A stretch of 62,633 nt of DNA, the filler included, from Stramenopiles sp. TOSAG23-6 (Eukaryota): assembly GCA_900128565.1 (NCBI GenBank). It is 16 parts of 16 records of this genome, joined end to end, with 100 filler letters (N's around TTAATTAATTAA, not from the genome) between each part and the next. Parts side by side here need not be neighbours in the genome. Positions count along the whole stretch, not along the records: positions 35,384 to 39,200 come from LT637364.1; positions 39,301 to 43,110 come from LT637365.1; positions 43,211 to 47,018 come from LT637366.1; positions 47,119 to 50,924 come from LT637367.1; 12 more parts are not named here. One strand, written 5' to 3'. Made by a program: the position numbers and the translations under genes. The notes under the pieces were generated by a model. It did no database searches. It saw only the letters and a program-made list of their open reading frames with translations, and was not told the DNA's origin. The stretch's first letter is position 1. The number at the start of each line of letters is the position of its first letter. This document shows, piece by piece, positions 37,200-49,396 of this stretch.

Positions 37200-39200
37200 A
37201 TGACCATTGCAATGGATGGTGATAATAAACTATGCCCCCTTTGCTGTAATGAAATGGATGATACAGACTCTAGTTTGATACCATGTCCATGTGGTTATCA
37301 GTTATGCCTTTGGTGTTTACAGAAAATGAAGGAAGAAATGGGTGGTAAGTGCCCTCATTGTCGTGAACCATACTCAGAGGCAAACTATCGCTTTCAAAAA
37401 ATNNNNNNNNNNNNNNNNNNNNNNNNNNAGCAGAGATTTTGAAAAGAGCAAAGCAACGTAAAAATTTAGCAGAAAAAAAAGCAGGAGCGTCCCAGGCTCA
37501 GAAAGTAAAGATGCGCAAACAACTCAACAGTGTTCGTGTCATCCAACGAAACTTAGTGTATGTCATTGGCCTCGCTCCACGGGTTGCAAAGGACAGTGTT
37601 TTGCGAAAGAAGAGCTTTTTTGGTCAATATGGTGAAATTATTAAGGTTGTCGTTAATCACAGTAATACTTCTCATTCGCATGCAAGTGCTAGCGCGTATG
37701 TAACCTATCTGAAAGCAGATGACGCTCGGCGTGCAATTATGGCTGTGGACGGTTTCAGCATGGAAGGGAAGGTGATGCGTGCGTCTTTCGGAACAACGAA
37801 ATATTGCAATTCTTTTCTTCGTGCAATAGCATGCACAAATCCGGACTGTTTGTATCTTCATGATTTAGGAGACGAGATGGATTCGTTCACTAAAGAAGAA
37901 ATGATTTCCAGTAAAGCGCAGATGTTTCAAGAACAAACTCATCCTGGAATGGGCCTGTCTTCTCATTATGGTGCTGGTTTTCTACGCACGGGACTACCTC
38001 GCACACCATTGCCAAGTGTTATCAAAGCTGCTCGTGGAGCATATAACGAATCACTTNNNNNNNNNNNNNNNNNNNNNNNNNNNNNNNNNNNNNNNNNNNN
38101 NNNNNNNNNNNNNNNNNNNNNNNNNNNNNNNNNNNNNNNNNNNNNNNNNNNNNNNNNNNNNNNNNNNNNNNNNNNNNNNTTAAATGATCCTCTCCCAGGT
38201 GGTAATATCAATCGTTCAAGTATACAAGCAGTTGCGTCTAAAGAAAAGAAAAATATCAGTAAAAATAAAACATCACCAGCCACTTTTCCGTTTCCAAAGA
38301 GTAATACTGTCCAGACTCAATTTTTGAAAATGTCGAGGGAACAGCAGCAGATGCAACAACAACAATTTCAAATGCAACAGATGAAACAATTAAAAGAAAT
38401 GCAGAAACAGATGCAAGCGATGGGATTAAATCCTAGACAATATGCCCAATTGATTCAACAGAAAAATTTTCAAATTCGTCAACAAATGCTTCAACAACAG
38501 CAGAGTATGCAGCACCATTTGTTGATGCAGCAGCAACAAAACCAACAAACAGTANNNNNNNNNNNNNNNNNNNNNNNNNNNNNNNNNNNNNNNNNNNNNN
38601 NNNNNNNNNNNNNNNNNNNNNNNNNNNNNNNNNNNNNAGCAACAGCAACAAAAACTACAACAGCAACAACAACAACAACAACAACAGCAGCAACAACAGC
38701 AAAAAATACGACAGCAAGAAGCTCAGAAAAAAGCTCAGCAGCAATGGCAGCGAATGGGTCGTTCTCTTGACGGCCAGTTAAATAATGCGCAATTCCAACC
38801 AGAGCAACAAAACCAACAAACAGTACAACAACCAAATGATAGAGCAGTACCGGAGCGCACTAGGCTTGATATGCATGGCGCAAGTGTAGCTCGAACTCAA
38901 CCTCCTCCTGGAATGGCGGGTATGNNNNNNNNNNNNNNNNNNNNNNNNNNNNNNNNNNNNNNNNNNAACAGCATTCACAATTACAGAAACAACAACAACA
39001 ACAATTACATTTACAGAGACAACAGCAATTACAACATCAATTTAGGTTGAATTCTTTACCCCAAGCTTTAAATGGTGGTCAAAATTGGCTACAACAAATG
39101 TTGCCAGGGGTTAATGTAACATTTAATAATGTTGGCAATAGAACTGGAATCCCTTCGTCACCCGCTGATAAAGTAATTTCATCCCCAGTAAAAGGAAGTG
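37200..39200 (+). CDS. CNOT4: CCR4-NOT subunit 4 (RING + RRM), gapped and partial
   Basis: CPLC..EMD.TD...PCPCGYQ.C.WC; VRVIQRNLVYVIGL; RASFGTTKYC. Confidence 0.93.
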
Positions 39201-39300
39201 NNNNNNNNNNNNNNNNNNNNNNNNNNNNNNNNNNNNNNNNNNNNTTAATTAATTAANNNNNNNNNNNNNNNNNNNNNNNNNNNNNNNNNNNNNNNNNNNN

Positions 39301-40810
39301 GCATGTATTTTTGGAAAATATTTAAAAAAAAAAAAAAAAAATGTTAGGTACAAAATTTACTAAAAAAAAAAAAAAAAAAAAAAATTGAAATTCGAAATTC
39401 GAAATTGAAAACGAACAGAATGGATGGCAATTTCTTCCAATTTTTTATGTATTTTTTCTTTATATTTCTTTACAACACGAAATCTCTCCTTTTCATTGAG
39501 TGTGTTGATTTCGTGCCATTCTTTTTTTTCCTTCCAACGTTGTGCTTTTTCTTGTGCCACATGTATTGTTAAAAAAAAAAACATTAAATTTTACTAAAAA
39601 AAAAATCGTTAGGTACGAAATTTCGTATGAAAAAAAAAAAAAAAAAAAAAAAAACCCTAACCCTAATGATGTGAAAACGCACATTCATTTTCTTTTTTAA
39701 TATATCTTTTTTTTGTATTTCTACTAATTCATCATCAACTAATTGTCGGCGTAATAAAATACTAGAATGTGAAATATCAGAACTGACAGTTTTGTGCCTA
39801 TTCAAAATTAAATTTCGAATTATTTTTCTCAATTTCGAATTTTGAATTTTTTTAATCTTTGTATGAATTGAACCCAAATCATTACGTAATCTATTATTCA
39901 ATATAGTTTTTTGTAAAGGATGAGCATATAATCTATCATGTGTTGAGGAGAATGGTGTGGTTGATAACAAAGTTGAAATTTCAATATTTTCTCTTGAAGA
40001 ATTTTCATTTTTTTTTGTAAATTTTTGTACATTTTGTACATTTTTTTTTTTCATTTTTTTGATTTTTTTTTCATGTTGTTGAACACGAAATCGTGCAATA
40101 CTAGACTCTTGTCTCAATTGCTTAGTAATAGCTTCACGAGGAACATTTGTATGTACAGTTGGACACGTTGATAAATGTACACTTTTCATTACTTTACTTT
40201 TATTCGGTCCAATATCAGCTATTAGATGTTCATGTAAAGAATTGTTTTGTGTTAGGGTTAGGGTTTCATTAATTTCAGAATCAGAGACATCAAGTCTTGT
40301 AAGTGGTCGATATGTTGAAATATTATCAATGTATTGTGTATTTTGTGTATTTTGTGTATTTTGTGTATTTGTATACATGTCATTATTGTGTATGGTATCA
40401 GTTGTATATGAAGTTGTTGGTACTGTGTAATTTGTATATACTTCACGGTCATTATTTGTAGTATTTTGGTAAGGATCATTACTATTTTCTTCATCAAGGT
40501 ACAACTGACTTTTTCGACTATATCTTGATGTTATCGGAGTTAATGGACCAAAATCTCTAGTATATGATGTTTCATTACGACCATAATTTGGAGATGTCGT
40601 GGATAATGATACAGTATCAGCGTTATCGGAGTGACTGTCTCTTATTTTCTGTGGACTTTTCTGTTGACTGATTCGATCCAATAGACCACTAGATTTCATC
40701 TGTTTCAAAAGCTTTCTTTGTTTTTGTGCCTCTATCAATTTGACATTGGTCAATGTCTGAGCATACACTTTATCTTTCCAAATATTTCGACTGTTCTTTG
40801 TGGTAGGCAT
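39301..40810 (-). CDS. Unknown coiled-coil/low-complexity protein, partial; introns 39561-39682 and 39303-39417
   Basis: Long ORF continues in frame after the GT-AT intron. Confidence 0.6.
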
Positions 40811-41210
40811 TTGCAGTTAGGGTTAGGTCATCCAGTGATGGATAGATACAGCTAGGATTGATATATATATATAGTACCTGTACCAAAATGTACCAAAATA
40901 TAGAAAAAAAAAAAAAAAAAAAAAAAAACCCAATATTTTTTTTGTGTGTAACTGTTTTTTCACTTTGGTACAAATATTTGTATATAAAAAATGGAAAAAG
41001 AGATCCAGTGCGCCCTAACCCTAGTAGTACTCTGTTGTACCATGTGTGAGTGTAGAAAGAATACGCAAAGAAAAAATATTTTTCATCAAACAACAAACGT
41101 TTACAATTTTACTTTGAGTCAACGAGTAGTACTACAAGAAAATCACAAACAACCTCTTTATCCATAGAGCCATAGAGTAGTTATTGTGTATTTTCATTGA
41201 TCGGTTGAAC

Positions 41211-41866
41211 ATGTCAGCACAACAGAAAAACTCAGGGCCACGGCGCTGTGAAAATTGTAACTCGATGGATATCGATAAAAAAGATGGAGGTGATGAACTT
41301 GTTTGTTATAGTTGTGGTACTGTTTTTGAAGAAAATACTCTAATCAACTCTGTAGAGTTTAATGATACTGCTGGTGAAGCCTTTGGTCATTTTGTGGGAG
41401 CGTTATCATCACGTCCATTTTCATCAGGACTTGGTTTTCGTTCATATCAACGCGATTCTCGTCAGGTCACAATCAACAATGGTAAGAGAATCATAAATAG
41501 TATTTGTACTTCTGTGAATATCAATACACAAAGTAGTATATCAGAACAAGCAATGCGATTATTTCTTCTTGCAGTCAATCATAATTTTATACAAGGTCGT
41601 AAAACAACTGACGTTTGTGCAGTTTGTGTATATATGTATGTTTTATTATATTTTTTTTTTTTTGGTTTTTTCGTACGAAATTTTGTACCTAACAAAACAT
41701 TTTTAGATTTTTTTTTTTGAAATATTTTCCAAAAATACATTTGTTGTCGTTGGGAAAAATCACCACAATTATTAATTGATTTTTCAGATCAGTTACAAAC
41801 AAATGTTTATGTATGTTTTATTATGTTTTTTTTAATTTTGAGTAAATTTAGTAAATTTTGAAATTT

Positions 41867-41902
<36 letters not shown>

Positions 41903-41964
41903 CGAAATTTTTTACCTAAAAAAAAATTTTAGATTTTTTTTGAAATATTTTTTCAAAATACATG
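41211..41964 (+). CDS. BRF1: TFIIIB subunit BRF1, N-terminal part; GT-AT introns 41636-41740 and 41811-41963
   Basis: Zn ribbon, NFIQGRKT, spliced CVYI|CCRWEKSPQLLIDFSDQLQTNVY. Confidence 0.9.
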
Positions 41965-42074
41965 NNNNNNNNNNNNNNNNNNNNNNNNNNNNNNNNNNNN
42001 NNNNNNNNNNNNNNNNNNNNNNNNNNNNNNNNNNNNNNNNNNNNNNNNNNNNNNNNNNNNNNNNNNNNNNNNNN

Positions 42075-42130
42075 CGGATGAGATGTATGTTTTATTTTTT
42101 TATTTTTTTTTTTTGATAAAAAAAAAATCG

Positions 42131-42165
<35 letters not shown>

Positions 42166-42197
42166 AAAATTTTTTTTTTTAAAAAAAATTTTTCCCC

Positions 42198-42229
<32 letters not shown>

Positions 42230-43110
42230 TTTTTCACAATATATGTAGAGAACTTACGTTGTGGACTGATTTATCCGTTGTGTTTTTATATGGAAATAAA
42301 GAAGCAAGAGAAATTTTTAAAAATGAAGAAATTACAAAAAAAGGAAAAACATTAATACCAAAATTTGATGTATTAATCACAACATATATATGTTTTATTT
42401 TTTTTTTTTACAAAAAAATCGAATTTATTTTTTTTTTATAGTAAATTTTGTACCTAACAAAAACAAAATTAAAAAAAAATATTTTTTCACAACATATGAA
42501 GTATGTATCAAAGAGGAAGAATTTTTATTACATTTTAATTGGAATGTTGTTGTAGTGGATGAAGCTCATCGATTAAAGAATAGAAATAGTCGTTTAGCAT
42601 GTACGTTCTTATTTATTTCATACGGAATTTTGTACCTAAAGAAAAATGGATTTTTTTTTTTTAAATTTTTTTTACAAAAATTTCAAATCTAACAAAAAAA
42701 AAAAAAAATTTTTAAAAATGAAATATTCCATGACAATACATTGACTATGGATAATCTGTCCTATAATTCATGTGTACTTCTTACAGGTACGCCTGTTCAA
42801 AATAATATGTCTGAATTACAATCATTATTATCTTTTATTGATGTACACAAATTTGGTGAAAATGTAAGTTTTATTTTTTTGAAAATTTGAATTTTTTTTT
42901 CGTACGAAAGTTTGTACCTAACATTTTTTTTTTTTTTTTTTTAAATATTTTTCCAAAATATATGGTTCAATTGATTTTGATGCTGAATTTGGAGAAATTT
43001 CATCAGGAAATGTCAAACAATGTCAAAAACTACAAAAATTATTAAGGAAATATATGTATGTTTTATTTTTTTTTTTACAAAAAAATCGATTTTTTTTTCG
43101 TACGAAATTT
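42075..43110 (+). CDS. SNF2/CHD-type helicase fragment; introns 42085-42244, 42388-42497, 42601-42741, 42864-42963, and one starting at 43056
   Basis: [30 protein letters not shown]. Confidence 0.9.
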
Positions 43111-43907
43111 NNNNNNNNNNNNNNNNNNNNNNNNNNNNNNNNNNNNNNNNNNNNTTAATTAATTAANNNNNNNNNNNNNNNNNNNNNNNNNNNNNNNNNN
43201 NNNNNNNNNNATGCCTCTTTTAGATCCAAGTGCTAAATTGAAGCCCAGAAAATTCAGGAAGTGAATTGAAAAACTAGATTTTGCCTTCATTTTGAGTGTT
43301 TTACAGTGGGGAAATTCGCCATGAAATAGTAGAGTTGGCCTTTTAAAGTTAGTATTTTCTGAAACTACATGCAATAATGGTGTATATACCTTGTCGATTA
43401 GGGATGATATTAGTTTTCAATCAACTTTTCAAGGTTTGAAACAAGCTTGGCATGAGAATGTCTAGAATTGACTTGGGTTTGGACAAGCCAATTTACCAAA
43501 AGTCATGAAAAAAATGGAAGGTAAGAAAATTAGGCTTTAAAAGTTTTGCTAAAGGCATCTTTGTAGAGGGTGTAGTTGTTTGTATGACACTGTGTGTGAT
43601 AGCAGTCTCCATAGAAGGCTCTATATTGAGCCAACAAGAGACTAAAAAGAGGTCAAAAATTTCCCGTGTTTTACTAGTGATTAACTAGTGAAACCGCCAA
43701 AAATGGCAAATTGAATTTTTTTTTGATATTTTCGTGATTTCGTACTTATCCGGGAGCCTTAAAACAGTTCTACTTTATATTATTATCCTGATATACAATA
43801 CCAAACCAAACCTGTATACATTACCTGTACACGTAATCTATGTCATAGCAAAGTTTTCCCATTCACGGTAATTGCACAGCAACTGATTCTTTCGAGTCTT
43901 ACTATTC

Positions 43908-44860
43908 ATGGAAATGTTATCTTCAGCGCAAGATAATGGTGGGGTAGAGCCTCATTTAAAGTCTCATTCTGAAAAGTATGAGATATTTATTAGTAATCCA
44001 GACTTTAAATTCAATGCAGCGCACTTTATAGCTTACAAAGGATATCGAGAACGTCTACATGGCCACAATTATCGTGTATCTGTTCGAGTTAAAGGGCGAC
44101 TTGGTTCAGATGGATATGTTGTTGACTTTGGGGATATTAAAAAGTCAACGAGACGAATCTGTAAAAGTTTAAACGAGGTATTTATTTGTCCTACTTTAAG
44201 TGATTGTTTGAATATAACTCATGTGAATAGTGTAGACGGTAAAGCTGGAAATATTGATATAGAATGTGAAGATGGTGCGCGATTTAGTTTCCCATTTGGT
44301 GATTGTGCCATGCTACCTATTGCCCATACTTCATGCGAAGAGCTAGCGAAATATGTGTGTTTTCAGGATCAATTTTAAATTTATTTATTTTTCGTACGAA
44401 ATTTTGTACCTAACAAAAAAAACAAAAAAAAAGAAAATATTTTCCCAAAATACATGTGTGTAATGTCATACTTGAAGATATGAAAATTTCCGAGTTACAA
44501 TCCCGTGGAGTTTCTTCTTTCGAAGTCGGTGTCGCAGAGCGTAAGAATCAAATGGCACTATACGCTGTTGATATATTACCAAAAGTGTCTCAAAATAATT
44601 TGGTTCCACCTAATCTCAAAATGTCTGATTTGAATCTGTCTGATAGAGAATCCAATCTCAAAATGTCTGTTTTGAATCAAGTTAGTCCTGGAATGATTAC
44701 TACTATTTGTGATGAAAGTGATGATAAAAATATTGATGATGATAAAAATATTGATGATGATAAAAATATTGATGATGATAAAAATATTTATGATGATAAA
44801 AATATTGTTGTAAGCGATGGTAATGAATCAAACGATACAAGTAGTAGCAGTGAAATATAG
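43908..44860 (+). CDS. 6-pyruvoyl-tetrahydropterin synthase / QueD family; GT-AT intron 44355-44455
   Basis: FNAAHF, ERLHGHNY, VVDFGDIK, EELAKY|V, EVGVAE. Confidence 0.9.
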
Positions 44861-45069
44861 TTCAGACTTATTTTATTCCTATGTCAAGTAGTAAAACGAT
44901 TTAAAAATAAGTTTCATTTATTGTTTTGATGCATCTTTAGCATATCTCAGGATTTTAATTTTTTTTTTATAGTAAATTTTGTACCTAAACAAATTTTTGA
45001 TTTTTTTTTATCTCAGGATTTCAGGTAAAAATAAATTGTTAGTTACATAATTTGGAACATGAAAAACAT

Positions 45070-46738
45070 CTATACCCATTCTTTTGGTTTACCTTGAAGT
45101 AAATCCAATGTTTTTTTTTCTGGACTATCCAACTCAGGAATATTTTTATACTCATAACGGACAGTAAGTGGAAGTGACATTAATACTGCTTCAATATCAA
45201 CACCAGGTACATGTATTTTGAAAAAATATTTCAAAAAAAAATTTGAAAAAATTGTTAGGTACAAAATTTCGTACGAAAAAAAANAAAAAAATTCGNAANT
45301 NAAAAAAAAATAAAACATACAGCATATCCAAATTTCGTACCTCGATCATATACCAAGTTAAATTCAACATACCGACCATGCCTTAATGCTTGCCATTCTT
45401 TTTCTTTAGTAGTGTATGGCATATTCATTCGTTTTAATAAAATAGGCCAATAACAAGGAACAAAAGCTTTTACACAATCTTGTACAAACGATAAAGATGA
45501 TGATTGTAGAGTTTGTTCATTTGGTGTAAGTAGTGTGAAACGATATTTTAAATTCGAAATTCGTTAGGTACAAAATTTCGTACGAAAAAAAAATAAATTT
45601 GAAATTCATGATGGAAACGTACAATTCTACTAGAATCATCTCGATGTGAAAGAAACGAAAGTGCACTATTTACTTTTTCATTATTTGTATTATTATTTAC
45701 TTTTTCATTATTTGTATTATTATTTGTTGTAACTGTATTCGTTTGTGATTTATATTGGTGAATATTCGTGAAATCGTCAAAAAATATTCCTCCAATGCCT
45801 CTCGCTTCTGCTCTTGCTTTGTTATAAAAATGTATTTTGGAAAAATATTTCAAAAAAAATTCAAAAAAAATTGTTAGGTACAAAATTTTGTAAGAAAAAA
45901 AAAAAAAATTAAAACATACATATGTATCACAATCAGTTTTCATTATTGAGTATCGACTTTTAGTACTATTGTCATTTTTATCATGTTTATCACAGACATT
46001 TTTTAACGTTTTATGAAAATGTTTTGCATCGTCTTCAAATAAATAAATCGGAGTTAAATCAGTTCCTCCTCCAAACCACCAAGAAACAACTTCATCATCA
46101 TCATCTGTTATTTCAAAATATCTATAATTAAAATGTACAGTGGGTGCCATTGGATTGACTGGATGTAATATCCCACTTAACCCACACACCCACATTTGTA
46201 AATTAGGGTCACTTTCATGGCTAGGTTGTGTATTACAAGTTTGCTCTTTCTTTTCTACCTTTTTATCCATTTTTCGCTTTTGAAGTTTTTCGCGCAACTG
46301 AGGATGATTTGCAGACATTTGTCGAATAATTGCTGGTGTAAGTGAGCGTGTCATGACTGTGAGACCAACTCCAGCTTTTTCAAAAACTCGACCATCTTGT
46401 AAAACTGCAGTTAACTTGAGAGCTCGTTTAGACGATTTATCACGGCGCCATGTTACAATTTTCGTATCATCTGGAGCAGCAATAGACGCAGCTTTATCTT
46501 CTAATGAAGCAACACGATTGCATATATCGTGCTGTACCTGTACTAGTGTATTAATCATGGCTCTACGTGTGCTATTATTTCGAGATAAGTCGTTGCCTCC
46601 AAGAAAGTCTGACAATGTTGACGTATCGTCAGGGAGTGCAGGCGCACTACAACTACAATTGTCTGAATATTGACTTGTTGCATATATAGAGACGCCAGCA
46701 ATAGCTGACGATGCAAATAACATACATCTTGAAGTCAT
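45070..46738 (-). CDS. CPOX: Oxygen-dependent coproporphyrinogen III oxidase (divergent); introns 45830-45919 (GT-AT), 45528-45622 (GT-TT), 45211-45320 (GT-AT)
   Basis: [63 protein letters not shown]. Confidence 0.9.
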
Positions 46739-47184
46739 CGCTGGTGTATTGTGTTTCACTTTTTGGTGGTTGTAGAATAGTAGATATCGAAAGTTATATC
46801 ATATAATATGTTTCTTTTGGCTAAGAGCGAAGCGTCCAGAAGTACTAGGGACTTTCCACTAGAGATTTTTTTTTTCTTTGTAGCCCTAACCCTAGGCTTG
46901 TCGTTTTGTGGTACCCGGTTCCATCGGTTCGCTCGCAATATTTGAATTTGCAAAAAGGTGAACAGTGAGCAGTGAGCGAAATAGTGAACATTGAGCGAAA
47001 AATGGATAAAAAGGTAGANNNNNNNNNNNNNNNNNNNNNNNNNNNNNNNNNNNNNNNNNNNNTTAATTAATTAANNNNNNNNNNNNNNNNNNNNNNNNNN
47101 NNNNNNNNNNNNNNNNNNGTTAGGTACAAAATTTCGTATGAAAAATAAATTCGATTTTTTTGTTAAAAAAAAAAATAAAACGTA

Positions 47185-48301
47185 CATCTTTTGCTTGTTT
47201 CTTTATTAAATCTAGGATATGTTGATGATCATTTGCATAAGCAATCATTTCAGGTGTAGAACCATCAGTAGATGCCTTATACACATTTGCACCATTAAGT
47301 ATTAGCATTATAGCCGTCTGCATCTGACCTCTTTCAGCTGCATAATAAAATGGTGTAAAACCTTGAGCATCGCCTTGATTACAAAAGTCTCTTGCTTGTA
47401 TATAACCCTGTTCACCTCGTTTTTTAGCAGCATTTAAAACAATAGATAGACAAGTTTCCTTTCCCCATTTTGCCGCTTCGTGACATGCTGTAGCACCATT
47501 TATACTTCCACCACAACAAACATCTGCACCAGCTTTTAATAGTGTTTTTAGTGAATCTATTTGTCCATGTCTTGCTGAGAGTGCAAGTGCAGTCACGCCA
47601 CCACTATCACTGGGTGCATTCAAATCGGCACCTCCCTTAATTAAAATTTCCATAGCCTTAATTTGTCCTTCCATTGATGCTAGTCCAAGTGGAGTACAAT
47701 AATCAGTTTCTATTGCCTGAGAATTTAATGGAGCGCCTACATGTATAAGTAAATGTAGACATTCAAAACTTGACATTTGTGCAGCAATGTGTAGAGGAGT
47801 GAAGCCTCGACAGTCACGCAATTGTAAGTCTGCACCAGCGTCAATACAAAAACGTAAAGCATTTGATTGATTGTTTTCCGCTGCAGCGTGAGCAGGTGTC
47901 TCACCGGAATAACTAGCTTTATTCACATCAGCACCTTTAAAACATAAAAACTTCACAGCATCTGCATGTCCTTGAAAAGCAGCTGTTAGCATTGGAGTTT
48001 TACCAGCGTAACTAGAGTGTGAAGTATCAGGATTTTTCAGGTCATTTTCAACTTGTAGCTGAATAGTTCGAACACGCCCATCTGCAGCAGCTGCGCACAT
48101 AGATGGACCTTCGGTATAATGTTGATCTATATCTGTATTCTTAAACTGAAGGAAAGCTACAAACTCTTCTCTTGTAATATTTCCATTTTGGTCCTTTTTA
48201 CAAAGTTTCCACTCTTCTTCATCAAACTCGTCACCTGAAAGCTTTCTTATTGTCTTTTCATCTAATATAGGCGGTAAACCACTTGATATTACTCCTCCCA
48301 T
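47185..48301 (-). CDS. Ankyrin-repeat protein with MG (myristoylation-like) start, first exon
   Basis: About 8 ankyrin repeats (TPLHIAA etc.). Confidence 0.9.
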
Positions 48302-48578
48302 TGTAGACTATTGGTTTCGTTGTAGCATTTTGTACTGAGTATTCAAAAATGAAAAATGCATTAGATCTTTGACTATTCCTTCCTTCATTATTAAGTCAGT
48401 TACATCGATTTTTTTTTGCTATTTATTTGACAGCATTTGTGATTAATGTCCAATCATTATCTCGAATTTTCGCGACTCATATCATCAATCACGAATGACA
48501 GTTAGCTAAGTTGGAATAATATTATTATTTTATTTATCATCAGATTCTTTGTTTCGTTTTAAAGAACAATATTGAATC

Positions 48579-49284
48579 ATGGCGACAGAGTCAAAGCAAT
48601 ATTCCTCTTGGGATTTGCAAGAGGATCATTCAGGAGATACTGCTGATAGTATAAAGCGAGTCGCATCAGAAGAAGTATTTCGTCGACTGCGTGGTAAAAG
48701 CATTGACCAACTTTCTCCTGGTTGGTTTCATCCGGCTCGTAAACTGAATAAGCCAACGGCTGTATTTAGTTTAGTCTCAACTATAGTTGGTGGTGGTGTT
48801 TTATCTCTACCATTTGCCTTTGCAAAAATGGGAATTATCGTAGGACCTTTGCTTCTCTTCACATGCGCTATCCTATCAGAATATTCAATTTCTTTACTAA
48901 TTAAATGTGCTCGTATGTCTGGTGCTGAGTCTTATGAACAGGTTGCAAGCTCAGCATTTGGTAAGAATTCCAAAATAGTTACAACATTGCTTATATTCAT
49001 TCTTACATTTATATGCTGTGTAGCGTATATTATTCTCATGGGAGATATGTGGGGCCCTCTAGTCAGTTATGTGTTTCATTTCAATACAGAAAAAGGAACT
49101 TCAGGTCGAACATTTTTGCTCATCGCGTGTACGTTTCCATCACTACTTTCAATTTTATTCTTTTCATAGAAAATGTCCTACCTAACGATTATTTTTTAAA
49201 TATTTTTTCATAATACATGTACAGCGCTTGTTGCCCCGTTCGGGGCTCTTCGTTCTTTACACGCTCTTCGATTCACATCAGTAT
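48579..49284 (+). CDS. Amino-acid transporter (AAAP/SLC38 family), N-terminal part; GT-AT intron 49129-49218
   Basis: FSLVSTIVGGGVLSLPFAF, SYEQVA..AFG, spliced LVAPFGALRSLHALRFTS. Confidence 0.88.
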
Positions 49285-49396
49285 GTATGTTTTATTTTTT
49301 TTTTAACAAAAAANATCGATTTTTTTTTTCGTACGAAATTTTGTACCTAACAATTTAAAAAAAAAAAAAATTTTGAAATATTTTTCCAAAATGCAT

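Noticed and set aside
43211-43700. Possible degraded transposon fragment
   Set aside because: No recognisable motif, termini or ORF to support it
45326-45345. GGTACGAAATTTGG resembling the intron core inside CPOX
   Set aside because: Encodes the conserved RGTKFG motif; coincidence
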